A stretch of 62,966 nucleotides of DNA, counting the filler. It is 19 parts of 19 records of this genome, joined end to end, with 100 filler letters (N's around TTAATTAATTAA, not from the genome) between each part and the next. Parts side by side here need not be neighbours in the genome. Positions count along the whole stretch, not along the records: positions 1 to 7,326 come from SRR11831580_2021; positions 7,427 to 10,011 come from SRR11831580_2023; positions 10,112 to 12,808 come from SRR11831580_2032; 16 more parts are not named here. One strand, given 5' to 3'. The notes beneath the pieces were generated by a model that saw nothing but the letters and a program-made list of their open reading frames with translations, was not told the origin of the DNA and did no database searches. Of this stretch, positions 1-10,913 are shown one piece after another. The first letter of the stretch is position 1, and every line of letters starts with the position of its first letter. The position numbers were made by a program, and so were the translations under genes.

Positions 1-700
1 CCTTCTTCGCGTGGGGCAACAACGACATCACATCCCGCATCAAGTGACGATATCTGCTCACAAAAGGTGAGTATCCAGTGTAACAGAATGGGGACGATGA
101 ATGTACCTTTGGCTAATGCCTCGTGTCCCCAGCACCAGAACCCGCTCGAATTTCGACTTGGATGACGACGTGTCTTCGTCATCACGTTCGCTTACAGTAC
201 GCTTATTCTTGCGTTTGCTATTACCACTAGAAACAATTACACCGTCCATGATGCTGCAAAGAATGTACACACAAACGCAAGCACACTGCTTGGGTGGAAT
301 GGAGTTGTGTGTTCGCCTCTACAGCTCCTCTTCGCGAGTCGCGACGCACTGTGTGCCAGTTCGGTCACAATCGTTCCAAAACCGCTTCTTTGCCTTCTCC
401 CTGACAAGGGTTTTTCCTGACAACCACGCGAGAGACTCATTTTTTCGTCATCTTTGCAACTCCCATGCACTGTCTCAGTTCCTGTTCCAGCAACTGTGAC
501 GTCGACTACGCCCCCAGCTGGTGCCAAACTACCACAAACCGGTAAGCGCTTCATGTTTCAGACCGAACCGGCATTCTGCTGAATTTTGCTTGATGCGTTG
601 ATGTACGTGCAGTCACTGTAGAACTAAGCTGTGGGCGTTTTCTAACTCCGCATTGTATCCGCTCTTGAATCCTAGCTTCGCCCTGTTTCGACACTTGTGG

Positions 701-3700
701 ATGGGTGAGCAAGACGACGCACTGACATGGGAGTGCTGTTTCCCCGGCTGCACTGCCTACACTAGTGCTCTGTTCCCCACCACTATCGCTCAGAGAAAGT
801 GGGTAGAAGTACTTTACCTGCCTTCTGAGTTCGAGGCTCCATGTTCGGGAGCACTCTGCTCGAGCCATCAGATGGTGGCTCGCAAGTTGACCGGGGCGGA
901 TAAAAGCAGGCGCACCGAGGCATGGAACAAACTTATCAAAGATCTCACGGCTGCTGCTATTCAAGAACGCGAATCGGGGGGAGATGTGAGCTTGTGCATG
1001 GCAGCGCTCCGACTTGAGAACAACTGCGATCACTGGTTACTGGATGACTGGCGTCTATTTGTGTCCCTGGTGCTACATGGACGATCCTATCCCAGGTTTA
1101 CGTACTACTGCTCAATCCGAATGGCTTTCGAAATCGTTTTCGAGGAAGTGCTGGAGGAAGAGATGATTGCAGCGCCTGCAGTACAATGCGTCAGTTTGTT
1201 GCGACGGCTGGATGTTGGTACAGTTGAAGATGCGTCAGAGGGGATGTGGTATTCGCAGCGTGCGCGTTCATTCGTTCCGCAGTTGTTACAGGACAAATGT
1301 CTTCATCTGGCTACCCTCGTAGGGAGCGAGAATGCACGCAACGCTGGTCGTTGGTGTAAGTGGTTGAAGCGTTCGGGATTGTCGTGTTTTGAGGAGCGGA
1401 GCCACCCTCGCTCCAGTGTACGGTTTCTGTTTCCTCAGAACGTCAGCCACGACATCGTTGCGATGAACAGTTGCGTTGGGGATGATTGCGTTGCTGATGA
1501 TGAGGTCACGGTACAGCTGCCATCTGAGACACCGACATGGCTCAGTCTCGCGACCAACGTTAGAGACTGTCTCGATGTGGTGGCAGCGAACGATGCGGAG
1601 CTTCCACCGTCGCAGATGCTCTACTTTTTGAACAATGATATGTTAAGCGCTCTGCTTGCTGTTGTGGCCGAGCGCGGGGAGATTCATCGAATCATCGAAG
1701 AAGGACCTCGCGCGTATATGTCTGGGAATCTCAACAGGAAGCAACGGCGAGCGGTCCTGCGGGCTGGGACTATCGTCAGCGTTGCGCTGCAGCCAAAGAA
1801 GGGGCGAACTCCGTGGTTGCAGGACCGCGTGGGGAAGGTATTGTTTGCTCGGGGGAAGAGGAAGTCTCTGGCTTTTCTGCGCCAGTACGGCATCTCCAAC
1901 AGCTACTCCAAGCTGTTCACACGTCTACGGTTGCTTCGCGCAACGAGTCACGCGAATGTCACGCGCGTCCCATCTTCCTCCGCTCTGGGTTTTGCTACGG
2001 TGGATAACATTGACTTTGGCAAACCACTGGCGCTTGATCCTACGGCATCGCTGCACAAAGCTACCGCAATGTTCTTACAGCCGCAACCTCGTACGTTTCT
2101 TCTGTTTGCCCGGTGTGCGTGCGTGGGTGTTTATCTCTGTGTGTGCGTGGTGGTGTGTGTTGCGTGCATCTGGTTGGTGTGCGTGTGTGTGTCTGTGTGT
2201 GCATATGTTCACATGTGTTGTGTTTACATATGTGCACGTGGGTTTACGCACATGTGTGTTTTGCTTCGTGGCGTGCGTGCGCGCGGGTTCGTTTGTAAAC
2301 ATTTGAATGTAACCGACGTGTCTGTGTGTAGTTCCCTCGTCTGTCCCGGCAGCTGACGAAGCGTCCTCCTCATCGTTGCTCTCCGCTACGAACGCTGAAC
2401 CGTCACAGTCGATCTCAACAGTCGAGGATTTGTGGGAAGACATCGTGCGGTCTCATCTATCGAACGACTCACTTCCTTCATATGAACCGACAGGCGCACG
2501 CCTGCACGTGAATGCTTACAAAGCGTATGATGTGCAACCAAACACGTTCGATTCCGTGCGATCATTAGTGGCTGCGGTGAAGGAGGACATGGCACTCACG
2601 GAGTATCAATACGGAGTGATTGGGGCAGATTACGGGATATGGTATCGCCTGTGTGAGCTAAAGGTATGGAGTACTCTCTGCGACTATTCGTGCGTATCTC
2701 ATAGTGCTGACGTACTACATTGCACGGTTATATATGTGCAGCACTCAATATGTTCTCTAACTGTTTGGTTTTGTTCTCAGGACCGCAATCCCCGTGACTA
2801 CGGTTGGATGGTTCCCGTACTTGGCGATCTGCATATATTGAAAGCCGCCTTACCTGCAGTGTGGCAGCAGGTGCGCCGCATGTAATGTGAGTGTGGTGTG
2901 CATGTATCTCATCGTTGGTATGTATGCAGGTAAAGAGCATCGGTGGAGATTCGATATTGAGCCAGATATTCACACGAGGCCAAACCGAACGAATCACCCA
3001 AGCTCACGGACACGGCTTGATAGGTCTATCATTCGAAGTGCGTCACGGGATTCTGTTCGAGGTTATCTGTGTGTCTGTTTGTTCGTATCCATAACCTGTA
3101 TATGTTCGTGATTGTTATAGGTCCTGTGCGCGCTGCATGATGCACTGATGGCGCAAATGACCACGGATTACGCGGCTTGGCTCCAGAACAATCGCGATCT
3201 TCCTGACCAGTTGGACTCCCTGGCGGGAACCCGCATTTGGTTCCAGCCAGGGGTGCGCTTCCCAGTGGCGAGGAAGGCCCTCTCGGCTCAGCTTTCGGAC
3301 TTGGAGGCAATTGAGACGCTCAGCTGCGACCAGGCGGACGTGCTGGTGTGCAAGTCCGGCTGCCCGCAGCAAGCAGCATATCCGCGTCGCACTGTGACGT
3401 TTGAATGGTTCAGAGCGTCCGTCGCTGCGAAGCGACATCTTCCACTCAAAGACTTTTTGATGTGCGAGGGTAAGGGCGAATTTCATCTGAGAACGGTTCC
3501 CCAATACGCCGTTGTGGGGCTTGAGAAGATTGTGCAGGCACGGGGCCTAGCGGTGACGCAGTTGCGAGAGCCACGTTTGGGAGATCACATTCCACATACT
3601 GAACTGAGGTGTGGAGTCTATTGCTATACGCAATAAATATGTACTCGACTGTCTAATCTGGGTGTTGTATTGTGTGTGCAGCTTTACAGAGTGGGCCACT

Positions 3701-6454
3701 GCGGTGGCGTCTTCTGATGCCACGTTTGCGCTGTGGTACGACTGGTGTTGGCACTGGGTGTCCCCGCTGCGTGCGCTTCAACACGCATCACGCACAGGAA
3801 ACTGGGAGCTGCGCCTGGACGCGCTTTCCAACATGCTCCCGGCGCTGTATGCGTACGGGGGGTGCCACTATCAAAAAGCTGTGCCGGAGCACCTACGGCA
3901 GATGGCACTACTTCCCACGCAAGTCCTCAGCGCGTTCAGCACAGGGGCGTTCTGTGTGCAGCTTACCCACGCAAGTGTGGCGCTGGACACAGCTCATGAG
4001 TGTGGTGTGAACCTGATTTTGAAGCGCCTGCTCAAGAACCCGTCCGTATCCCAGCTGTTTTCAACGTGTGATTACGCACTGCCGCTCCTGGAGCAGGTGC
4101 AGCACGCTGAAGAGGCAAGCCATGTGGACGACCACGCCACCCGCAGTAGAGGACGGAGCGGTGAGCTCCAGAGGCGGTTGAGAGTCTGTGCCCTGACCAC
4201 GTTTCTGTTCAGACCCACATGTGCGACCGCGCGGCCGCTAATACATGTGGGCAACGGTGGAGCAGCGAATGAGGGCTGCGCTTCCGCCACAGCCTATGCA
4301 TGTGGTGACCTACGCCGCCGCGAGTCGCAGGTATGTCTTCGCTACTGATGTTTGCATGTCTTGATTTGTCTATATCCTGTTTAGTTTGCATTGCTATAAC
4401 ATATTGATTTCTGTGTATCTTGTTTAGCGTCTGTTTGGGCTGTCCGCAGAAAAGGTCACCCTAAAGCGATGGCGCTCGTTTCCGCGGATTTGTAGCAAAG
4501 AGTCGCCTATTCGCAAGGAGGTTAGCCTGGCTGAGAAACGAACCAAAACTGCAAAAGGTAGAGAGATTTGTATGGAGTTTTTGCCTCATTTCTGATGCGT
4601 ACACTGCCGTATGTGCTGTTTATACGCATCCGTTATATAGAGATATGGAGCGCCAAAGTAGAGCTTCTGCAGCAGAAGATTTCAGCTGGAGCAGTAGTAA
4701 CAGCAGGTGACCTCCGTGAACTTGTATCTACCGCCTTTCCCTTCTGTTTCACCTGGGGAGCACAAAAACACGTGTTTTACGACGTGCTGGCAGACGAAAT
4801 CGGAGAGATACCGTTGCACCACGGCGATCTGGACGCAGTTCATGCACTGGATGTGTTGCGCTTTCTGCACTCTGCACACGGCGCAACGTTCCGGGAGCTG
4901 GTATCAAACGCCGCGACGATCATGCTGCGCAACCGTGGGCACGCGTTACTGTGTGCGGACAACCCAGAATGGGCATTGGGTATTAAAACCCTAACGCAGG
5001 ATTTGCGAGACGTCGACGCAACGCCCGTGGAGGTCACTGCAGATGGACAGTACTCCGGTAAACTGGGGCGGGCGGAGAAGCCAGGCGTACTGCAACTGCT
5101 GCGCGAACACGTTCGGGCACTTCAACATGAGACACCACTCACCCTGTGTGGCTTTGACACCACCGGGTTACCCGAGTACATATGTACTCCAGACGGCGTT
5201 GCGGATGTCGGTGTTGCTTCCCCAATCACTGCGTACAAGCACCCGGAAGCAGATACAGGCATGGTGTACGCCGGCGTATGTTCAGCTGAGGCAATGAAGC
5301 TCCCTCTTGTACTTCATGCGAACGACACCGACGTGCTGATCATCGCCGCTCTGCGAATGCGAACAACTGCGCTGCGCATTTACGTTAAACGCGACGAAGA
5401 CACTGTGGTGGACATACGGGCTCTGACAGGCCAGATCGAGCAGCACGCTGTTTTCGCACGTTTCTCGGACCCAGTCGCGGTTGCTGCGTTACTGTATGCT
5501 GCAGCTGGGTGCGATTACGTGGAGAGCACACGTGGCGCAACACATCGCACATACATGAAGGGCTTCATTTCACACGCGGGATGGATTGGCGGGGCCACCA
5601 CGGACAGCGTATCTGCGCAGGTCACAGTCAATCCGGTATGGCGGGATTCTGAGAACGCACTACATTATGATCCCAATGCGTTGCGCCGCCTGTACATGGC
5701 CATGGTTGCCAGTCAGCCCCGCAACACGAAGCTGTTTCGCGATGCTTCGCTTTCCGATCGCATGCGCAGCTTTGCTACAACAGAAGAGCAGCTAGATCAC
5801 CTCCGCGATCTCATCAACATCCACTCCGAAATCGAGTATCAAGTTCCGCATACCTCAGCAATCGACCGGCATATGCTGCGCGCCGTGGCTGCGCTCCACA
5901 TTTGGCTCAGCACGCACACCGCGGAGTTAAGAATTCCGGACATCACACGACTTGGATGGTATCGCATTGAGCGCGGACTGGATCCGGAGTACCTTGCTCC
6001 GGAGGTCGCGGCACAGCAAGAGGCGTTAGTCAGCCCCGTCAGGTGCGGATGCGCTACAGGATGCGTTAGAAGATCGTGCGGCTGCGTCAAGGTGAACGCA
6101 CGCTGTAACAGGCGCTGCACTTGCAACAGTTGTCAGAACCGAGGCCAAGCGACCTCTGTAACTGCGCCGGCTACCCACGTGGACGTTACGAATCTGATCC
6201 AGTGCGAAGTCTGTCTCACCTGGAGGCAAGTGGACGCGCTGCCTGATGGCGCCGATGACCTGCACTGGAGATGCAGCATGGACCCCGTACGTCTCCCGTG
6301 CAGTGTGGTACGGGATACCGATGACCGCTGCGACTGCATCCTCTTGCCGATGACAGCTGAAGAAGAGTGGTCACAGGAGGAACAGTACGCATCCACGGTG
6401 GAGGGATCCGACGCAAACAGCAACGACCTGACCGATCTCCTCACCTCCCTGTAG
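701..6454 (+). mobile_element. AcademX-type DNA transposon gene (Academ transposase + XPG/PIN nuclease + Cys8/CXC finger, with added THAP-like and CW-type zinc fingers); element termini not defined
   Basis: Motif order typical of Academ: GFATVDNIDF (D1, ~2003), VIGAD (D2, ~2628), VPVLGDLH, SRTGNWELRLDALSNMLP...GGCHY, LDTAHE (E, ~3998). Then XPG-like HPEADT / NDTDVLII / AGCDY, then HMLRA...W...GW, then CGCATGCVRRSCGCVKVNARCNRRCTCNSCQN. No TIR pair found in the window. Confidence 0.8.
701..6454 (+). CDS. Spliced ~1667-aa transposase, 8 exons: 701-2090, 2353-2663, 2781-2870, 2930-3061, 3121-3608, 3682-4330, 4428-4557, 4641-6454
   Basis: All seven introns are GT...AG and phase-compatible. The exons sum to 5004 nt with no internal stop and join track ORFs 653..2356, 2376..2885, 2891..3094, 3148..3636, 3611..4348 and 4568..6454. 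First in-frame ATG is at 701; an upstream exon cannot be excluded. Confidence 0.8.
2091..2352 (+). repeat. TG-rich low-complexity intron (intron 1 of the transposase gene)
   Basis: GTACGT donor at 2091, imperfect (TG)n/(GTGC)n runs, CAG acceptor ending 2352. Confidence 0.8.
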
Positions 6455-6477
6455 AACGGGACTGATTAGTCCCGTTC
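6454..6477. other. Perfect 10-bp inverted repeat / hairpin overlapping the transposase stop codon
   Basis: GAACGGGACT-GATT-AGTCCCGTTC. Confidence 0.9.
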
Positions 6478-7326
6478 GAGCGAACTAAACATAAAACAGA
6501 CACACAAATACAGGTTATAAGATGCGCAGCCCAGAGCACGAGTGAATAAAGCACTAAGAACAAACTATCACCCATCACGTACCACGAATATCAGGGACTT
6601 TGCTTAGTGGTGGACGATCTGCAGCAAATAGCAATGCCATATCAATCTATTACCGATGCATGCTGTGAAAACGAACAGCCGATATGTCACCTTCATGCTG
6701 TTTCAACGCGAAGTAACCACTCGGACAACGACACGTCTGCACGATCACAGAATTAGAAGAAGAAGCATCGATCGTATTTCTGAACTCTGCAGCACGTCAA
6801 GCACACCAATGATGCAGCACAGAGGGGATGCGTTCGATTGCGCGAGCACACGTACCTTTTTCTAAGACCTGCCATCTCGCGCATGATCCGATGCGCACGC
6901 AGCGCAGAGAGCGAGCGTGACAGGCAACATAAGAGAAAACGTGCATTATACACCATTAGGACACTCAGAATGGCCAGGTTTCCTACAGAAGCATGACGCA
7001 TCCCATTACAACGCCACTGTGAGTACTGCAATTCCTTTGAAGACAAGCTCACTTACCTTTTCTGAGACGGTGAACACTATCATCTGAGTCCGGTAAGACG
7101 AAGTTCGTGGATGGGCGAGTTATAGGATCTCGGCAATGGCAAGAGATGAAGTATCCGAAAAAGCGGCAGGACATAGTCTGAGCATGGGGTATCAATACTT
7201 CAACATATGTCTTCTGGAGAACAAGAAGCCGCCACGATACAGCATGGCAAAGTGAGCCAAAATTGAAGGGTGGGAGAAGCGTACCTCGCTATAGAGAGGA
7301 GTTTGGCGGGATTCTGACCGAACTGC

Positions 7327-7426
7327 NNNNNNNNNNNNNNNNNNNNNNNNNNNNNNNNNNNNNNNNNNNNTTAATTAATTAANNNNNNNNNNNNNNNNNN
7401 NNNNNNNNNNNNNNNNNNNNNNNNNN
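7327..7426. other. Artificial contig spacer (44N-TTAATTAATTAA-44N); first of 18, the others starting at 10012, 12809, 15270, 17641, 19817, 23542, 26532, 28796, 30951, 33504, 36138, 40438, 45009, 51246, 53485, 57431, 60572
   Basis: Identical 100-bp block. The palindromic 12-mer places TAA stops in all six frames, and genes are truncated at the spacers. Confidence 0.99.
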
Positions 7427-8451
7427 CTGCGCTGCTGTGCGAATTCTCTGCGCCAGTGAAACTGGAATATAAGTGGAGCGATCAGCAACTGACCTTCCTG
7501 ATGCGTCATGCGCGTAATGATTTCTCCCGCTGGGATGCGGCGCAAAGTTTGCTGGCAACCTACATCAAGCTGAACGTCGCGCGTCATCAGCAAGGTCAGC
7601 CGCTGTCTCTGCCGGTGCATGTGGCTGATGCTTTCCGCGCGGTACTGCTTGATGAGAAGATTGATCCAGCGCTGGCGGCAGAAATCCTGACGCTGCCTTC
7701 TGTCAATGAAATGGCTGAATTGTTCGATATCATCGACCCGATTGCTATTGCCGAAGTACGCGAAGCACTCACTCGTACTCTGGCGACTGAACTGGCGGAT
7801 GAGCTACTGGCTATTTACAACGCGAATTACCAGAGCGAGTACCGTGTTGAGCATGAAGATATTGCAAAACGCACTCTGCGTAATGCCTGCCTGCGTTTCC
7901 TCGCTTTTGGTGAAACGCATCTGGCTGATGTGCTGGTGAGCAAGCAGTTCCACGAAGCAAACAATATGACTGATGCGCTGGCGGCGCTTTCTGCGGCGGT
8001 TGCCGCACAGCTGCCTTGCCGTGACGCGCTGATGCAGGAGTACGACGACAAGTGGCATCAGAACGGTCTGGTGATGGATAAATGGTTTATCCTGCAAGCC
8101 ACCAGCCCGGCGGCGAATGTGCTGGAGACGGTGCGCGGCCTGTTGCAGCATCGCTCATTTACCATGAGCAACCCGAACCGTATTCGTTCGTTGATTGGCG
8201 CGTTTGCGGGCAGCAATCCGGCAGCGTTCCATGCCGAAGATGGCAGCGGTTACCTGTTCCTGGTGGAAATGCTTACCGACCTCAACAGCCGTAACCCGCA
8301 GGTGGCTTCACGTCTGATTGAACCGCTGATTCGCCTGAAACGTTACGATGCCAAACGTCAGGAGAAAATGCGCGCGGCGCTGGAACAGTTGAAAGGGCTG
8401 GAAAATCTCTCTGGCGATCTGTACGAGAAGATAACTAAAGCACTGGCTTGA
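7427..8451 (+). CDS. pepN: Aminopeptidase N, C-terminal part (5' truncated)
   Basis: ENLSGDLYEKITKALA C-terminus, NPNRIRSLIGAF motif, convergent with ssuB as in E. coli. Confidence 0.97.
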
Positions 8452-8458
8452 TAAATAA

Positions 8459-8488
8459 CCGAATGGCGGCAATAGCGCCGCCATTCGG
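8459..8488. terminator. Stem-loop between convergent pepN and ssuB
   Basis: CCGAATGGCGGC-AATAGC-GCCGCCATTCGG. Confidence 0.75.
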
Positions 8489-8493
8489 GGAAT

Positions 8494-9261
8494 TTACCCC
8501 TGTTTTCTCAGGCGAGTTTCAGATTCACCACGTTGCATCACCCGTTGCAACACCTCCGCTTCCAGCTCCGCTAATCGCACCGACCCTAATCGACGCGGAC
8601 GGGGGATATCCACTGTCAAATCCAGACCAATTTTTCCCTCTTCAATTAACAGCACCCGGTCAGCCATCGCTACCGCTTCGCTCACATCATGCGTCACCAA
8701 CAGTACGGTAAAGCCGTGCTCCTGCCAAAGTGACACAATCAAATCCTGCATCTCGAGTCGCGTTAAGGCGTCCAGCGCCCCGAGCGGTTCATCAAGCAAC
8801 AATAATCCCGGTCGATGAATCAACGCTCTTGCCAGCGCCACTCGCTGTTTCTGCCCGCCAGAAAGTGCGGCAGGCCATTCCCCTGCGCGATTCTCCAGTC
8901 CTACCGCAGCCAACGCTCGACGTGCGGCATCGCGCCACTGGCCTTTAAGGCCTAACCCAACGTTATCAATCACCGATTTCCACGGTAGCAGACGCGCATC
9001 CTGAAACATCATTCGCGTGTCTTCCTGAATTTCAGCCAGCGGTGTGGTGCCCGCTAACACATCGCCTGCGGTTGGCGTTTCCAGACCTGCCAGCAGGCGC
9101 AGCAGGGTACTTTTGCCACCACCGCTGCGGCCCACCACCGCCACAAACTGACCTGCCGGAATATGTAAATCCAGTTGGTTCAGGACGATATTTTCCGCGT
9201 AATGTTTGCTTACTGCATTGAGCAACAATGGCGTGCCCTGGTTCAGACGAGCAGTATTCAT
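8494..9261 (-). CDS. ssuB: Aliphatic sulfonate ABC transporter ATP-binding protein
   Basis: GRSGGGKS Walker A, LSGGQ signature, LLLLDEP; 255 aa. Confidence 0.97.
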
Positions 9262-10011
9262 ACCGTGGCCTCCTTCAAATGATAAGCCGGGTTCCAGCGC
9301 AACCAGAGGCGCTCTAACAGCTGCGCGCTGACGTCAGCCAGTTTGCCGAGCAGGGCGTAAAGAATAATAGCGACTACCACCACGTCCGTTTGCAAAAACT
9401 CCCGCGCATTCATCGCCAGATAACCAATGCCTGAATTGGCAGAAATGGTTTCGGCAACAATCAGCGTCAGCCACATCAGGCCCAACGCAAAACGCACGCC
9501 GACCATAATTGAGGGCAGGGCACCAGGCAGGATCACATGGATAAACAGCGGTATGCCGGATAATCCATAGCTACGCGCCATCTCCACCAACCCGCGATCG
9601 ATATTACGGATGCCATGCCAGGTGTTGATATAAATGGGGAATAGCGTACCGAGCGCCACCAGAAAGATTTTTGCGGATTCATCAATGCCAAACCACAAAA
9701 TCACCAGCGGGATCAGCGCCAGATGCGGCACGTTGCGCAACATCTGAATTGAGGTATCCAGCAGCCGTTCTCCCCAGCGAGATAGCCCGCTAATCAGTCC
9801 CAAAATCAACCCCAGCGATCCGCCAATTGAAAAGCCAATCAGCGCCCGCCAGGAGCTGATCGCCAGATGCTGCCACAGTTCGCCGCTGGCGGAGAGCGTC
9901 CAGAACGCCGTCACCACTCCTTCCGGTGAAGGCAAAATACGCGTCGACAGCCAGCCAACCGAGGAGGCCAGTTGCCACACCGCCACGATGCCCACCGGTA
10001 AAAACCAGGGG
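9258..10011 (-). CDS. ssuC: Aliphatic sulfonate ABC transporter permease (5' truncated)
   Basis: Hydrophobic permease with EMARSYG loop, overlapping the ssuB start. Confidence 0.95.
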
Positions 10012-10262
10012 NNNNNNNNNNNNNNNNNNNNNNNNNNNNNNNNNNNNNNNNNNNNTTAATTAATTAANNNNNNNNNNNNNNNNNNNNNNNNNNNNNNNNN
10101 NNNNNNNNNNNAAAAATAATAAGCCTGCTTACTTTACGCTTGCTGCAGGAAGGAAGTAGAAAATCTTTACGTTTTTGCATAAAAATCAGGCGAACTGTCA
10201 TCAAACTGCCATTTGTGCACGCTAACAATAACGTGAAAACAGCTATCTCCCGGGGGCATGCT

Positions 10263-10367
10263 ATGAACGATCAAATGTTTGTCGAGACACTGATTATCAC
10301 GTCATCGTTTTTTGCCATTGCTGTTGTACTGGTTTTGTCCGTTCTTCTTATCGAACGGACCGGCTAG
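10263..10367 (+). CDS. yoaI: Small membrane protein YoaI (34 aa)
   Basis: [34 protein letters not shown], convergent with yeaK. Confidence 0.85.
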   Translation: MNDQMFVETLIITSSFFAIAVVLVLSVLLIERTG

Positions 10368-10871
10368 TTACGCAGTGCGGCGGAAATTGACCAGTTCTGG
10401 TTGCGCAATGCGCAAATAATCCGCGGTTTTCAAAATAACGGATTTATCCAGCATGCCTGCATTGAAGGCGATTTCATCAAATCGTTCGAAGAGTAGAGGG
10501 TCGGCAACCAGTTTGAGTTTTGGATGGAAGCTGAAAGGGGGGATCGCGCCGAAGACACAGCCTGTGAGTTCATCGACTTCCGCCGGGCTGGCCAACGAAG
10601 CGCGTAATCCGCCTATATGGCTGGCGAGTTGGCTCAGATCGGCCTGTTGATCGGCTGCGAGGATCGCCAGAACATGTTGATTTACGCCATTGCCTTTGAC
10701 TTTACATACCAGTGCCTTAGCACCCTGGCCTAGAGCGGTGCCACGAATTTCTGACACCGCTTCACATTTACCTACCGCTTCATGGGTAACGACGCGGAAG
10801 TCAGCACCTTCTTGTGATAATAAAGCGATTAACCGCTGATGCGTCACGCTTCCTTTAGCCATTTCAGTCAT
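10368..10871 (-). CDS. yeaK: YbaK/ProX-family aminoacyl-tRNA deacylase
   Basis: AKALVCK and GCVFGAIPPF motifs; 167 aa. Confidence 0.93.
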   Translation of the reverse strand: MTEMAKGSVTHQRLIALLSQEGADFRVVTHEAVGKCEAVSEIRGTALGQGAKALVCKVKGNGVNQHVLAILAADQQADLSQLASHIGGLRASLASPAEVDELTGCVFGAIPPFSFHPKLKLVADPLLFERFDEIAFNAGMLDKSVILKTADYLRIAQPELVNFRRTA

Positions 10872-10913
10872 TTCACGCTCCTGAGATTACAAGCAAACAA
10901 CCACAGAAGGTTA

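Noticed and set aside
2091-2356. Cys/Val-rich C-terminus of the 567-aa ORF as a metal-binding domain
   Set aside because: It is read-through translation of a TG-repeat intron bounded by canonical splice sites.
4568-6454. Stand-alone host tesmin/CXC protein or FEN1/XPG repair gene
   Set aside because: It splices in frame to upstream DDE-transposase exons, and the overall architecture matches Academ.
7371-7382. Recurrent TTAATTAATTAA palindrome as a CRISPR repeat or biological motif
   Set aside because: Always flanked by exactly 44 N on each side; it is an artificial six-frame-stop spacer.
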